A stretch of DNA of 64,000 nt. Origin: an uncultured Gemmatimonadales bacterium (GTDB taxonomy: Bacteria > Gemmatimonadota > Gemmatimonadetes > Gemmatimonadales > GWC2-71-9). Below the pieces are notes generated by a model that saw only the letters and a list, made by a program, of their open reading frames with translations, searched no databases and was not told the DNA's origin. Both the position numbers and the translations under genes were made by a program. Where the stretch lies: positions 1,312,001 through 1,376,000 of the forward strand of contig CAWHFW010000005.1 of assembly GCA_963828735.1 (NCBI GenBank), in the 5' to 3' direction. Shown here in pieces: positions 19,817 to 28,868 of the stretch; positions within the stretch are counted from its first letter, which is position 1, and the number at the start of each line of letters is the position of its first letter.

Positions 19817-19965
19817 GTCCCGGAAGGGGACGTCCGGCCACCGTTCGCGTGGACGGCCGCGGCCTCGTCGTCCTGCCAACCCCGTATCGCTTTATTATCT
19901 TCCGTCACTCCACTTCAGGGTCCTCGGCCCCGCCGGCGGCCCCTTTCGTGTGCCCCCTCGTCGGG

Positions 19966-22900
19966 ATGGTGGAACTCGTGGATTTCAACGTGTTCGAGAC
20001 CGCGAACGCCGGGTTCGCCCAGGCGATGTACGAAGAATTCCTCCGGGATCCCGCGGCGGTCGGGCCCGAATGGCGGCGCCTGTTCGAGAGCGGCGTCGTC
20101 GGCGAGCGCCCGGACGGCAACGGGGTCTCGGCCTCGAAGCCGGCCAGCGAGCCCCGCCCCGCTGTCACGGCGGCCCTGGCGCCCGCCGCGCCGGCGCCGA
20201 GTGCGGCCCTCCCCGCGGGTTCATCGGCCATCAAGGGCCCCGCCGCCAAGCTCGTCGCCAACATGAACGAGAGCCTGACGGTCCCGACCGCCACGACGTT
20301 CAGGGTGCTGCCGGTCGGCGTGCTGGAGGATCGACGGCGCGCCTTCAATGCGGGACTGCAGGCCGCCGGGAAGTCGGGGAAGATCTCGTTCACGCATCTC
20401 ATCGCGTTCGCCCTCGTGCAGGCCACCAAGCAGCACCCCGTGATGGGACACACACTTGCGGTCCACGACGGCACGTCGTACCGCGTCGTGCCGGAGAGCA
20501 TCGCGCTCGGCCTGGCGGTGGACGTCCAGCGGAAGGATGGCAGCCGCGGCCTGGTGGTTCCCGTCATCAAGCGGGCCGACATGATGGACTTCGCGACCTT
20601 CCACGCGGCCTACGAGGCGCTGGTCGACAAGGCCCGCAGCAACCGGCTCATGCCGGACGACTTCGCCGGGGCCACGATGTCGCTGACCAATCCGGGCGGG
20701 CTGGGTACCGTGGCCTCGGTGCCCCGTCTCATGGCGGGCCAGGGCAGCATCATCGCCGTCGGGGCCATCGGGTATCCGGCCGAGTTTTCGGCGGTGCCCG
20801 AGGAGCGGCTCCGCGACTTTGGCGTGAGCAAGGTCATGACGGTCACGAGCACGTACGATCACCGCGTGATCCAGGGCGCCGAATCAGGGGCGTTCCTCGC
20901 GACGATGGATCGGCTGCTCCAGGGCGACCAGGGGTTCTACGACCTCATCGGCGAGAGCCTCGGCCTGGGCGAGGCGGGCTACCAGATCTCGCGGCCGGTC
21001 CCGACGGCGCAGCCGGGGCAGGAGGCCGCAGGACCGGTCGCGCCCGAGATGCTGTACCACGTGGCCGCGGCGATGGCGCTGGTGAAGGCCTTCCGCATGC
21101 ACGGGCACCTGGCTGCGCATCTCGACCCGCTCGGCACGCCGCCGATCGGTGATCCGGCACTCGACCCCGGCCCGCTCGGCCTTACTCCCGAGGTGATGGC
21201 GGCCATTCCCTCGAAGGTGCTGCGGATCGCGGTGCCCGGCCGCACCCTCGCCGAATCGCTGCCCTACCTGCAGGCCACCTACTGCGGCACGATGGCGTAC
21301 GAGATCGAGCACATCGCCACGCACGAGGAGCGCGTGTGGCTCCGCGAGAAGATCGAGAGCGGCGCCTACCGGAAGCCGATGGGCCCCGACGAACAGCGGG
21401 CGCTGCTCCAGCGACTCACGGAGGTGGAGACGCTCGAGAGGTTCCTGCACAAGGCCTACCTCGGGCAGAAGCGGTTCTCGATCGAAGGCGTGGACATGCT
21501 CGTGCCGATGCTCGACCTCACCATCGAGCGCGCCGCGGAGAGCGGCGCCCGCGACGTGGTGCTCGGCATGGCGCATCGTGGGCGGCTCAACGTTCTGGCC
21601 CATACCGTCGGGCGTCCGTATGAGACGATTTTCGCGGAGTTCGAGGGCGGACGGAACGTCGAGTCTGGCCAGCTCACGCCCGAAGGCGGCACCGGCGACG
21701 TGAAGTATCACCACGGCGCCGAGGGTGCCTACCGCACGGGCAAGAACAAGGCGATCACCGTCACCCTGTCCCCCAATCCGAGTCATCTGGAGTTCGTGGG
21801 ACCGGTCGTCGACGGGCGCGCTCGCGCCAAGCAGACGCAGCGCCGCGGGCGGGATGCCCATCACGATCCGACGGCGGCATTGCCGGTCATCATTCACGGC
21901 GACGCGGCATTCGCGGGCCAGGGGGTCGTGGCCGAGACGCTCAATCTCGGCGCGCTCAAGGGATACCGGACCGGTGGCACACTACACATCATCACCAACA
22001 ACCAGGTCGGCTTCACCACCGACATGGAGGATGCGCGCTCGACCCGCTACGCGTCCGACCTGGCGAAGGGGTTCGACATTCCGATCATCCACGTGAACGC
22101 CGACGACCCGGAGGCCTGCCTCAGCGCGGTCCGTCTCTCGATGGCCTATCGCGACCGTTTCCATCAGGACGTGCTGATCGACCTCGTAGGCTACCGTCGG
22201 CACGGACACAACGAGGGCGACGAGCCCGCCTACACCCAGCCGGTCATGTACGAGCGGATCAAGGCGCTGCCCAGTGTCCGGGACCACTACGCCCGCTCGC
22301 TCGTCGCGGGGAGCGTACTCACCCAGGAAGAGTCGGACCGCCAGGCCTCCGAGGCCTACCAGCGGCTGGTGGACATCCAGCAGGGCTTCAAGGCGAACCG
22401 TGCGACCCCGAGCGAGGCATCGCACAAGCTGTCCGGCGCCGGCGTCGAGGTGGACACCGCACTCGCCGCCGAGTTCCTGCTGGCGCTCAACGACCAGCTG
22501 CTCACCTGGCCCGAGGGGTTCACGGTCCACCCCAAGCTGCGCAAACAGCTCGAGCGCCGTCGCGCGGCGATGGGTCCGGAAGGCGGGATTGACTGGGCGC
22601 ACGCGGAGGCGCTGGCGCTGGCCTCGCTCCTCACCGAAGGCGTTCCCGTGCGGCTCACCGGCCAGGATACCGAGCGCGGCACCTTCAGCCAGCGGCACCT
22701 GGTCCTGCACGACGTGCAGACGGGCGCGCCGCTCGCGCCGCTCCAGCGCCTGCCGGGCGCGCTCGCGCCGTTCGAGCTGCACAACAGCCCGCTCAGCGAG
22801 CTGGCCACGCTCGGCTTCGAGTACGGCTACAGCGCGGCGGCCTCGGATGCGCTCGTGCTCTGGGAGGCGCAGTTCGGCGACTTCATCAACGGCGCGCAGG

Positions 22901-23670
22901 TCATCGTCGACCAGTTCCTCAGCGCCGGCCTGTCCAAGTGGGGGCTGACGACGCGGCTCACCCTGCTGTTGCCGCACGGCTATGAGGGCCAAGGTCCGGA
23001 GCACTCGAGCGCGCGGCTCGAACGGTTCCTGCAGCTCGCGGCGGAGGGGAACATCCGTGTCGCGAATCCGACGACTCCGGCGCAGTACTTTCACCTGCTC
23101 CGCCGGCAGGCTCGGCGGACGCGGCAGCGCCCGCTCGTCGTGATGACGCCCAAGAGCCTGCTGCGCCTGCCGCAGGCCGGTTCGCGGCTCGAGGACCTGG
23201 CGGAGGGCCGGTGGCATCCGGTGCTCGACGATCCCTGGGCCGCGAGCCACGCCGAGGATATCACACGGATCGTCCTGTGCACCGGCAAGGTGTACTACGA
23301 TCTGCTGGCGGAGGCCGAGAAGCTGAAGGAACGCCGGCCCGCGATCGTGCGGCTGGAGCAGCTTTATTCGTTCCCGTGGGCGGAGGCGCGAGCCGTCCTC
23401 GCGCGCTATCCCCGCCTCGCCGAGCTCATCTGGGTGCAGGAAGAGCCGCGCAACATGGGGGCCTGGTGGTACCTGGCCTCGAAGCTGGCCGAGGTCGCGC
23501 CCGAGGGCGCGGAGGTGGGCTACGTCGGACGCCCCGAGCGGGCCAGCCCCGCCGAAGGCTACCCGGCGGCCCACAGTGCGGAGCAAAACCGGATCATCCG
23601 CGAGGCGCTGGAGACCGGCCGGCGTCCAGAGGCGCCGCCGACCGCGGCGGTGGGAGAGTCGAAGAGCTGA
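19966..23670 (+). CDS. kgd: Multifunctional 2-oxoglutarate decarboxylase/dehydrogenase (E2-like domain fused to E1)
   Basis: STYDHRVIQGAESG (E2-like), KRFSIEG, GMAHRGRLN, HGDAAFAGQG, WEAQFGDF, PHGYEGQGPEHSS. Confidence 0.93.
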   Translation: MVELVDFNVFETANAGFAQAMYEEFLRDPAAVGPEWRRLFESGVVGERPDGNGVSASKPASEPRPAVTAALAPAAPAPSAALPAGSSAIKGPAAKLVANMNESLTVPTATTFRVLPVGVLEDRRRAFNAGLQAAGKSGKISFTHLIAFALVQATKQHPVMGHTLAVHDGTSYRVVPESIALGLAVDVQRKDGSRGLVVPVIKRADMMDFATFHAAYEALVDKARSNRLMPDDFAGATMSLTNPGGLGTVASVPRLMAGQGSIIAVGAIGYPAEFSAVPEERLRDFGVSKVMTVTSTYDHRVIQGAESGAFLATMDRLLQGDQGFYDLIGESLGLGEAGYQISRPVPTAQPGQEAAGPVAPEMLYHVAAAMALVKAFRMHGHLAAHLDPLGTPPIGDPALDPGPLGLTPEVMAAIPSKVLRIAVPGRTLAESLPYLQATYCGTMAYEIEHIATHEERVWLREKIESGAYRKPMGPDEQRALLQRLTEVETLERFLHKAYLGQKRFSIEGVDMLVPMLDLTIERAAESGARDVVLGMAHRGRLNVLAHTVGRPYETIFAEFEGGRNVESGQLTPEGGTGDVKYHHGAEGAYRTGKNKAITVTLSPNPSHLEFVGPVVDGRARAKQTQRRGRDAHHDPTAALPVIIHGDAAFAGQGVVAETLNLGALKGYRTGGTLHIITNNQVGFTTDMEDARSTRYASDLAKGFDIPIIHVNADDPEACLSAVRLSMAYRDRFHQDVLIDLVGYRRHGHNEGDEPAYTQPVMYERIKALPSVRDHYARSLVAGSVLTQEESDRQASEAYQRLVDIQQGFKANRATPSEASHKLSGAGVEVDTALAAEFLLALNDQLLTWPEGFTVHPKLRKQLERRRAAMGPEGGIDWAHAEALALASLLTEGVPVRLTGQDTERGTFSQRHLVLHDVQTGAPLAPLQRLPGALAPFELHNSPLSELATLGFEYGYSAAASDALVLWEAQFGDFINGAQVIVDQFLSAGLSKWGLTTRLTLLLPHGYEGQGPEHSSARLERFLQLAAEGNIRVANPTTPAQYFHLLRRQARRTRQRPLVVMTPKSLLRLPQAGSRLEDLAEGRWHPVLDDPWAASHAEDITRIVLCTGKVYYDLLAEAEKLKERRPAIVRLEQLYSFPWAEARAVLARYPRLAELIWVQEEPRNMGAWWYLASKLAEVAPEGAEVGYVGRPERASPAEGYPAAHSAEQNRIIREALETGRRPEAPPTAAVGESKS

Positions 23671-23677
23671 ACCGCGC

Positions 23678-24175
23678 TCAGACCACGGCGTCGAGCAGCC
23701 GCAGCGCCCCGTCGGTCACGGTTCCGAAGGTCAGGTGGCCTGCCAGCCCGCGGGCGTTCGGCCGCCACGGAAAGGCTCGAGGTGCGCGGCCGAGACCGAG
23801 CGCAGGGACGACGCCTTCGTCGATCGCCGCCCAGAACACCGTCCCGAACCCGACACCCGCGGTGCGGCTGATTCCGGCCAACCGACGCCGGAGCACCGCG
23901 TACACCGCGCCCGAGCCGATCCCCAGCGCCCAATGGACGGCGGACCCGGGAGGCTCACGGTCCTTGCCACCCAGCGTTCGGCCGATGGCTCCCGCAGCCG
24001 TCTCGACGGCCGCGCCGTAGCCCGTTCCGGCACCCCGCACCTTGTCTGCCCGGCGCCCGACCCCACGTATGACCGCGGACATCTTGCCCATAATCCAAGT
24101 GGCCGCAGCGCCGGCGATCGCCCCCTTGATCAGGTCCTCTCCGATGCTGTGCCGCGCGAAACGCTCCCTTGCCAT
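23678..24175 (-). CDS. DUF1440-like membrane protein
   Basis: KGAIAGAAATWIM, VHWALG, FWAAIDEGVVPALGL, GHLTFG. Confidence 0.65.
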   Translation of the reverse strand: MARERFARHSIGEDLIKGAIAGAAATWIMGKMSAVIRGVGRRADKVRGAGTGYGAAVETAAGAIGRTLGGKDREPPGSAVHWALGIGSGAVYAVLRRRLAGISRTAGVGFGTVFWAAIDEGVVPALGLGRAPRAFPWRPNARGLAGHLTFGTVTDGALRLLDAVV

Positions 24176-24318
24176 GTGCTGCCTCCGAAGATGAGGTGAC
24201 CGGCTCGCCTGGTTGAGGATCGCGTATGCAGGAGGTCCGTGTCTGTGACCTGCCCCCCCGAACGCAAGAAGGGGCGGCCTGGTCAGGCCGCCCCTCAGCG
24301 TTCCACCCGGTTCGCGGG

Positions 24319-24636
24319 TCAATCCTTCGGCAGCATGGGCCGTTCGGACGCTTGCTTGGCCAGCTCCTTCAGAGGGTCCGAGAGGTGATCTCCATAGTGG
24401 AGGAGGTACACACCCCGCGCGCGCTTCTGCATCAGGAAGGCGACCAGCGGCGTGTCCGCCTTGGCCGCGTTGCACTCCCTGCAGGCCAGGACCAGATTGT
24501 CCGGACGGTCGTAGGCGGTCTGCCCACGGCGGGGACGGACATGGTCCAGCGTGATCGTCTCGGCGGGTGTCTCGGTACCGCAGTAGGCGCAAACCGAACC
24601 GTGAAGTTCGAGGAGCCAATCGCGGTGGGACTGCAT
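24319..24636 (-). CDS. Stand-alone HNH endonuclease (105 aa)
   Basis: CAYCG...TLDHVRPRRG...DNLVLACRECNAAK. Confidence 0.88.
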   Translation of the reverse strand: MQSHRDWLLELHGSVCAYCGTETPAETITLDHVRPRRGQTAYDRPDNLVLACRECNAAKADTPLVAFLMQKRARGVYLLHYGDHLSDPLKELAKQASERPMLPKD

Positions 24637-24791
24637 GGAGCGTCCTTGTGACCTGCGAAAGCTGGGGGCGGAAACTGCGGTTCTATTGCGTGATCTGCGT
24701 GCCACAAAGATCCAATTTGAGGGTGAACATGAAGGCCTGCCGCGCAGACCTACGATGGACGACCTGGGAATCTAGCAAGTTTAGCGCCAGA

Positions 24792-25286
24792 ATGACAGGC
24801 GGAGCCACCCTAGGGTGCCTTCTGACCGTGATTTCCGGCTTCCTGGCCGGGTGCGGCGCTCGGACCTCCCCCTCGGACGGGGCCTCCAGGAAGGCCATCG
24901 AGGCTGCCGTCGAGCGGTACGTGGAGGCTTCCAATAAGGGCGACGCCGCCACCATGGCGAGCCTCTACGCCGAAGACGCCGTCCTCCTGCCCCCCGACCA
25001 CGAGCCGATCCGGGGGAGGGCAGCCATCGGGGACTTCTGGCGGCAAGGCACCGATGAGGGCCTCAAGGTGACCACGCTGGCGGTCGAGGTGGACGGCAAC
25101 CTGGGCTACCTGGTGGGCCGCTACAATCTGCCGGCGACGGAGGAGGAGCCCGCCGATTCGGGGAAGTACGTGATGTGTCTCAAACGGCAGCGCGACGGCT
25201 CCTGGAAGCTGACGGCGGACATCTGGAACCAGAGCGGCGACGACGATGAGGACGACGACAGCTCACCCTCGCCGTCCATCAGCTAA
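24792..25286 (+). CDS. NTF2/SnoaL-like (DUF4440) lipoprotein
   Basis: Lipobox LAGC; LYAEDAVLLPP...GKYVMCLKRQRDGSWKLTADIWN. Confidence 0.85.
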   Translation: MTGGATLGCLLTVISGFLAGCGARTSPSDGASRKAIEAAVERYVEASNKGDAATMASLYAEDAVLLPPDHEPIRGRAAIGDFWRQGTDEGLKVTTLAVEVDGNLGYLVGRYNLPATEEEPADSGKYVMCLKRQRDGSWKLTADIWNQSGDDDEDDDSSPSPSIS

Positions 25287-25290
25287 GGCG

Positions 25291-25923
25291 TCAAGGCGCC
25301 GCGAACGGCGTCTCCACGTCGGGAGCCGTCGCCCGAAAGCGCGACTCGAGCAGGAATCCCCACCGCCGGTCGTAGGGATGGACCTCCAGGGTCGGCCGCG
25401 CGTCCCGGGCGACGGGCCGGTCCTCGTTGGCCCACGCGAAGATGCCGCCGGCCAGATTCCGCACGTTGGTGAAGCCCTGCCGTTCCAGCCAGTCTGCCAG
25501 CCGCGCGCCCCGATAGCCCACCGAGCTGTACACGACAATTGGATCGTTGGTGGCATGCCCGCGCAACGGCCGGAGGCTCGGTCGGCCCGGATTGATGTGC
25601 ACCGCGCCGCGGATGCAGCTCACCTGATATTCGATGTCGGCGCGGGCATCGAGCAGGAGCGGCTGCGTCCGCCCGGCATCCTCACGCCATCGCGCCAGGT
25701 CCGCCGTGCTGACCCACTGCACGTTCGGAAATTTGTGCGCGGTGACGCGGCGAATCGCGGCGAACGCGACACCGCGGCCCGCGATCAGCACCACGGCGGC
25801 GCCAATCAGGATCGGGACGACCACGATCACCAGGAACGGGCCCAGCCAGCGACGGCTGCCCCGCGCGCGGCGCGCCCGCTCCCAACGCCCTCCCCCGCCT
25901 TCCTCTTCCGGCATCGTGTCCAT
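25291..25923 (-). CDS. Membrane-anchored rhodanese-like protein
   Basis: LLLDAR..EYQVSCIRGA, IVVYSSVGYRG (Ser at the usual catalytic Cys), NLAGGIFAW. Confidence 0.85.
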   Translation of the reverse strand: MDTMPEEEGGGGRWERARRARGSRRWLGPFLVIVVVPILIGAAVVLIAGRGVAFAAIRRVTAHKFPNVQWVSTADLARWREDAGRTQPLLLDARADIEYQVSCIRGAVHINPGRPSLRPLRGHATNDPIVVYSSVGYRGARLADWLERQGFTNVRNLAGGIFAWANEDRPVARDARPTLEVHPYDRRWGFLLESRFRATAPDVETPFAAP

Positions 25924-25945
25924 GGATGGTCTCCCGACCACGAGG

Positions 25946-27706
25946 TCAAGACTGCTCGATGTCGGTCCGAAGCCGGAGCAGGGAGTCTTCCGTCGCGACG
26001 AGGGCGCCACGCGCGTCGGTCAGCTCCTGCTGCGTGCTCTGGACGAAGCGCCGATAGGGCGCGATGGCCTGGTTGATCCGGTCGGCCGACTGGGAGATCT
26101 CGAGGTGCACCTGGTGAGTGAGCCCGTCGCGAAGTCGGGTCCGCAGCTCCGCGACTCGTCGGCTCAAGTCGCGCTGGGCCTGGCGGCGCTTTCGCGGGAT
26201 GACGTAGAAGCCGCTCACGGCCAGCGTGGTCGCGAGCAGGAGGCCGGTGACATCGGCCACCGCGCCGGTCAGGAGAGTGACCACGAGCGTGCCCAAGCCG
26301 AGCGCGCCCAACTGCGCCAGCGCGGTCGTGGCGACCGTACCCTGGACGTCGTTGGCGAGGGCCCGCGCCTCGGCCTCGCGGTCGTAGCTGCCCACGACCT
26401 CCCGAGCCACCCGGCCGATCGACTCGAGCAGCGCCTGGCGGTTGTAGGTGAAGGTCCCGCCCACCTCGCCCATCATGCCCTCGCGATGCCGCTCGATCTG
26501 CCGCCGGTCGATGTACCCGCTCACGTCCTGCCAGGCCTTGAGATTCCGCTCGACGATCCAGTCGATGACGCGCCCCGTCTCCGTCTCGAGCTGGGCGGGC
26601 GTGTCGCCGATGACCTCCCGCTCGAAGGCACGGCGCACGCCCTCGCTGTCCATCAGGGTCCGGATGCGACCGATGCGAAGGGTCTCCTCGAAGAACCGGA
26701 ACCCCCGGCGCTCCATGTCGCCCAGCAGCACGTCGAGGCGCGCCAGGCGGGGCTCCACGTCGCGCACCATCTCGTCGTGGAACAGGGCGAGCTGCCGGTC
26801 GATGTTCTGGATGGTCTCGATGTCCTGCGCCAGGAGCTTGAGCCGCTCGAACGCCACGTCCTTGTACCGCGCCGCCAGGCGCAGCCCGACGTTGAGCGGG
26901 TTGAGGAGCTTGAGCCGGATGCGCTCCTCCTGATCCAAGGTGCGCACGAGATAGGTGTCCATGGCGTCGAAGCCGCTCGCCGCCCAGCGCTCGACCGAGC
27001 CATCCGCGCGGGCCGCCTGCGCCTCCCGCGCCGACACGGCGAAGAGGCGCGGCGTCTCGCCAACCAACGCGGCGGCGTGCTGCCGCACGAACTCGATGAC
27101 CTGCGAGCGCTCGTCGGGGGTGGTGAGAATGTCGATCTTGTTCACCACGAACACGATCTTCTTGCCCCATTCGCGGATCTGCTCGAGAAACCCGCGCTCG
27201 CTCTCGGTGAACGGCCGGTCGGCGCTGGTGACGAAGAGCACGAGATCGGCGCGCGGGATGAAATCGCGGGTGAGCTCCTCGTGCCGGCGGATGATCGCGT
27301 TCGTGCCCGGCGTGTCGACGACCGTGAGCTCGCGGAGCACGTCGGCGGGATAGGTCCGGTCGAGCAGGAAGGCCTCGACGAGCTGCTCGGAGGCCTCGGC
27401 GCCGTAGCGCAGGCGGTTGATCCGGTCGGTGGTGGGAGTGACGCCCTCCGGAAGGACGCGCTCTCCGAGCAGCGCGTTGATGAAGCTCGACTTGCCCGAG
27501 TTGAACTCCCCGGCCACGACGAGCAGGAACAGCCCGGCGAGCTGCTCGCGCGCCTCATGGAAGCGCCGGAGATCGTCCGCGTCCACGTCGCTGCCGAAGC
27601 GTCCGAGCGCGACCGCGAGCCGGTCGAGCAGCTCCTGCTCGCGGGCGCGGAGGTCCTGCTCGCGCTCCGACAGGATGGCGCGGCGTCCCAGCAGTCTCCC
27701 GATCAA
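25946..27706 (-). CDS. Dynamin-like GTPase
   Basis: GEFNSGKSS, GVTPTT, DTPGTN, NKID; two C-terminal hydrophobic helices and coiled coils. Confidence 0.9.
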   Translation of the reverse strand: MIGRLLGRRAILSEREQDLRAREQELLDRLAVALGRFGSDVDADDLRRFHEAREQLAGLFLLVVAGEFNSGKSSFINALLGERVLPEGVTPTTDRINRLRYGAEASEQLVEAFLLDRTYPADVLRELTVVDTPGTNAIIRRHEELTRDFIPRADLVLFVTSADRPFTESERGFLEQIREWGKKIVFVVNKIDILTTPDERSQVIEFVRQHAAALVGETPRLFAVSAREAQAARADGSVERWAASGFDAMDTYLVRTLDQEERIRLKLLNPLNVGLRLAARYKDVAFERLKLLAQDIETIQNIDRQLALFHDEMVRDVEPRLARLDVLLGDMERRGFRFFEETLRIGRIRTLMDSEGVRRAFEREVIGDTPAQLETETGRVIDWIVERNLKAWQDVSGYIDRRQIERHREGMMGEVGGTFTYNRQALLESIGRVAREVVGSYDREAEARALANDVQGTVATTALAQLGALGLGTLVVTLLTGAVADVTGLLLATTLAVSGFYVIPRKRRQAQRDLSRRVAELRTRLRDGLTHQVHLEISQSADRINQAIAPYRRFVQSTQQELTDARGALVATEDSLLRLRTDIEQS

Positions 27707-27795
27707 CGTGGGTGCCTCCGTCGGTGACGCCTACCCTCACGGCATCGTAATTCCACCGTTCGATCCCGTCGAGGTCGTTGGCGCCGCGGCGCTCG

Positions 27796-28662
27796 TCACG
27801 GCGTCGCGGGGCGAGCGAACGCCTCGAGCCCCACCCGGAACCCGTACCCGCGCAGCATGCGGGTAAAGGACTCGGCGCCGCCGCCGCCGATGACGGCCAT
27901 GGTCCTGGGCGGCAGCTTGCCCACGAAGGTCGCGAGCGCCGGAAGGTTGATCCGCACGATGGTCGGGTCGCTACCGCTCAGGGCGACGCCCCTCGGCCCG
28001 AGCGTCCACGCGGCTTCCACCACCTCCTGCACGGGAAGGTCGGCGCCGAGATAGTGCACGCGCCAGCCATCTTCCTGGATCACGGCCAGTGTGGCGAGAA
28101 AGCCCCACTCGTGACGCTCGCCGGCGAGGCAGGCCCCGACGACGAGCGGTCCCGTGCCACGGGACAACCGCAGCCCGCCCTTCAGCGCGTGGAGCACGAC
28201 CTCGCTGGCCACGTGCTCGGCGGCGATCGGGATCTTGCCGAGCGCCCAGAGGTCGCCGACCGACTGGGCGAGCGGCAGCACGATCTCGGTGGCGAACGCG
28301 CGCAGCCCCCGGAGCGCGAGCTGCTGCGCCACGAGCCCCTCGAGCCGCTCACGATCGAACGCGGCAACGGCGTCCAGCAGGGCCGCCTGAGGCGTGCCGT
28401 CGAGCGCGCGCGCCTGCGCCCGGGCCAGGACTTCCTCGCGCGGCCGCCCGGCCAGGTCGCCGATCCGCTCCCCGTCGTCGATCAGCCGAGCGAACGCTCG
28501 CAGCAAGGCGACCTGATCGGCCGTGTAGGCCCGGTACCCGTTCGGCTGGCGCCGCGGCCGGACCACCTCGTAGCGGCGCTCCCACACACGGAGCCTCGCG
28601 GCGGCCAGCCCGGTCAACTCGGCGACCTCGTGGATCTCGTACGTCCGTTCGAGTGCGGGCAT
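27796..28662 (-). CDS. MerR-family regulator with cobalamin-binding domain (CarH/LitR-like)
   Basis: LRVWERRY..RQPNGYRAY HTH; W-x9-EH (WALGKIPIAAEH); ERHEWG; YLGADLP. Confidence 0.88.
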   Translation of the reverse strand: MPALERTYEIHEVAELTGLAAARLRVWERRYEVVRPRRQPNGYRAYTADQVALLRAFARLIDDGERIGDLAGRPREEVLARAQARALDGTPQAALLDAVAAFDRERLEGLVAQQLALRGLRAFATEIVLPLAQSVGDLWALGKIPIAAEHVASEVVLHALKGGLRLSRGTGPLVVGACLAGERHEWGFLATLAVIQEDGWRVHYLGADLPVQEVVEAAWTLGPRGVALSGSDPTIVRINLPALATFVGKLPPRTMAVIGGGGAESFTRMLRGYGFRVGLEAFARPATP

Positions 28663-28868
28663 GATCGACCGGTCTAAGGTAGAGGCCGCGGGGACGGAGC
28701 GACAGGAGATGGGACCCTGCGAACTCGGCGCGAGGGGCCATCACGCGACGAACGCGCGCGTCGGTCGATGTTTCCCTCTCGCCTCCATTTTCAATCCTCC
28801 CCCGCCTCCTGCCGGACGATTATCTTCCCGTGCCTTCCCTCCGCCGGGCCCGCGAAAGGAGCGTCGTT

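Noticed and set aside
24319..24636. HNH nuclease as part of a defence system or mobile intron
   Set aside because: Stand-alone; no methyltransferase, ATPase, repeats or intron context.
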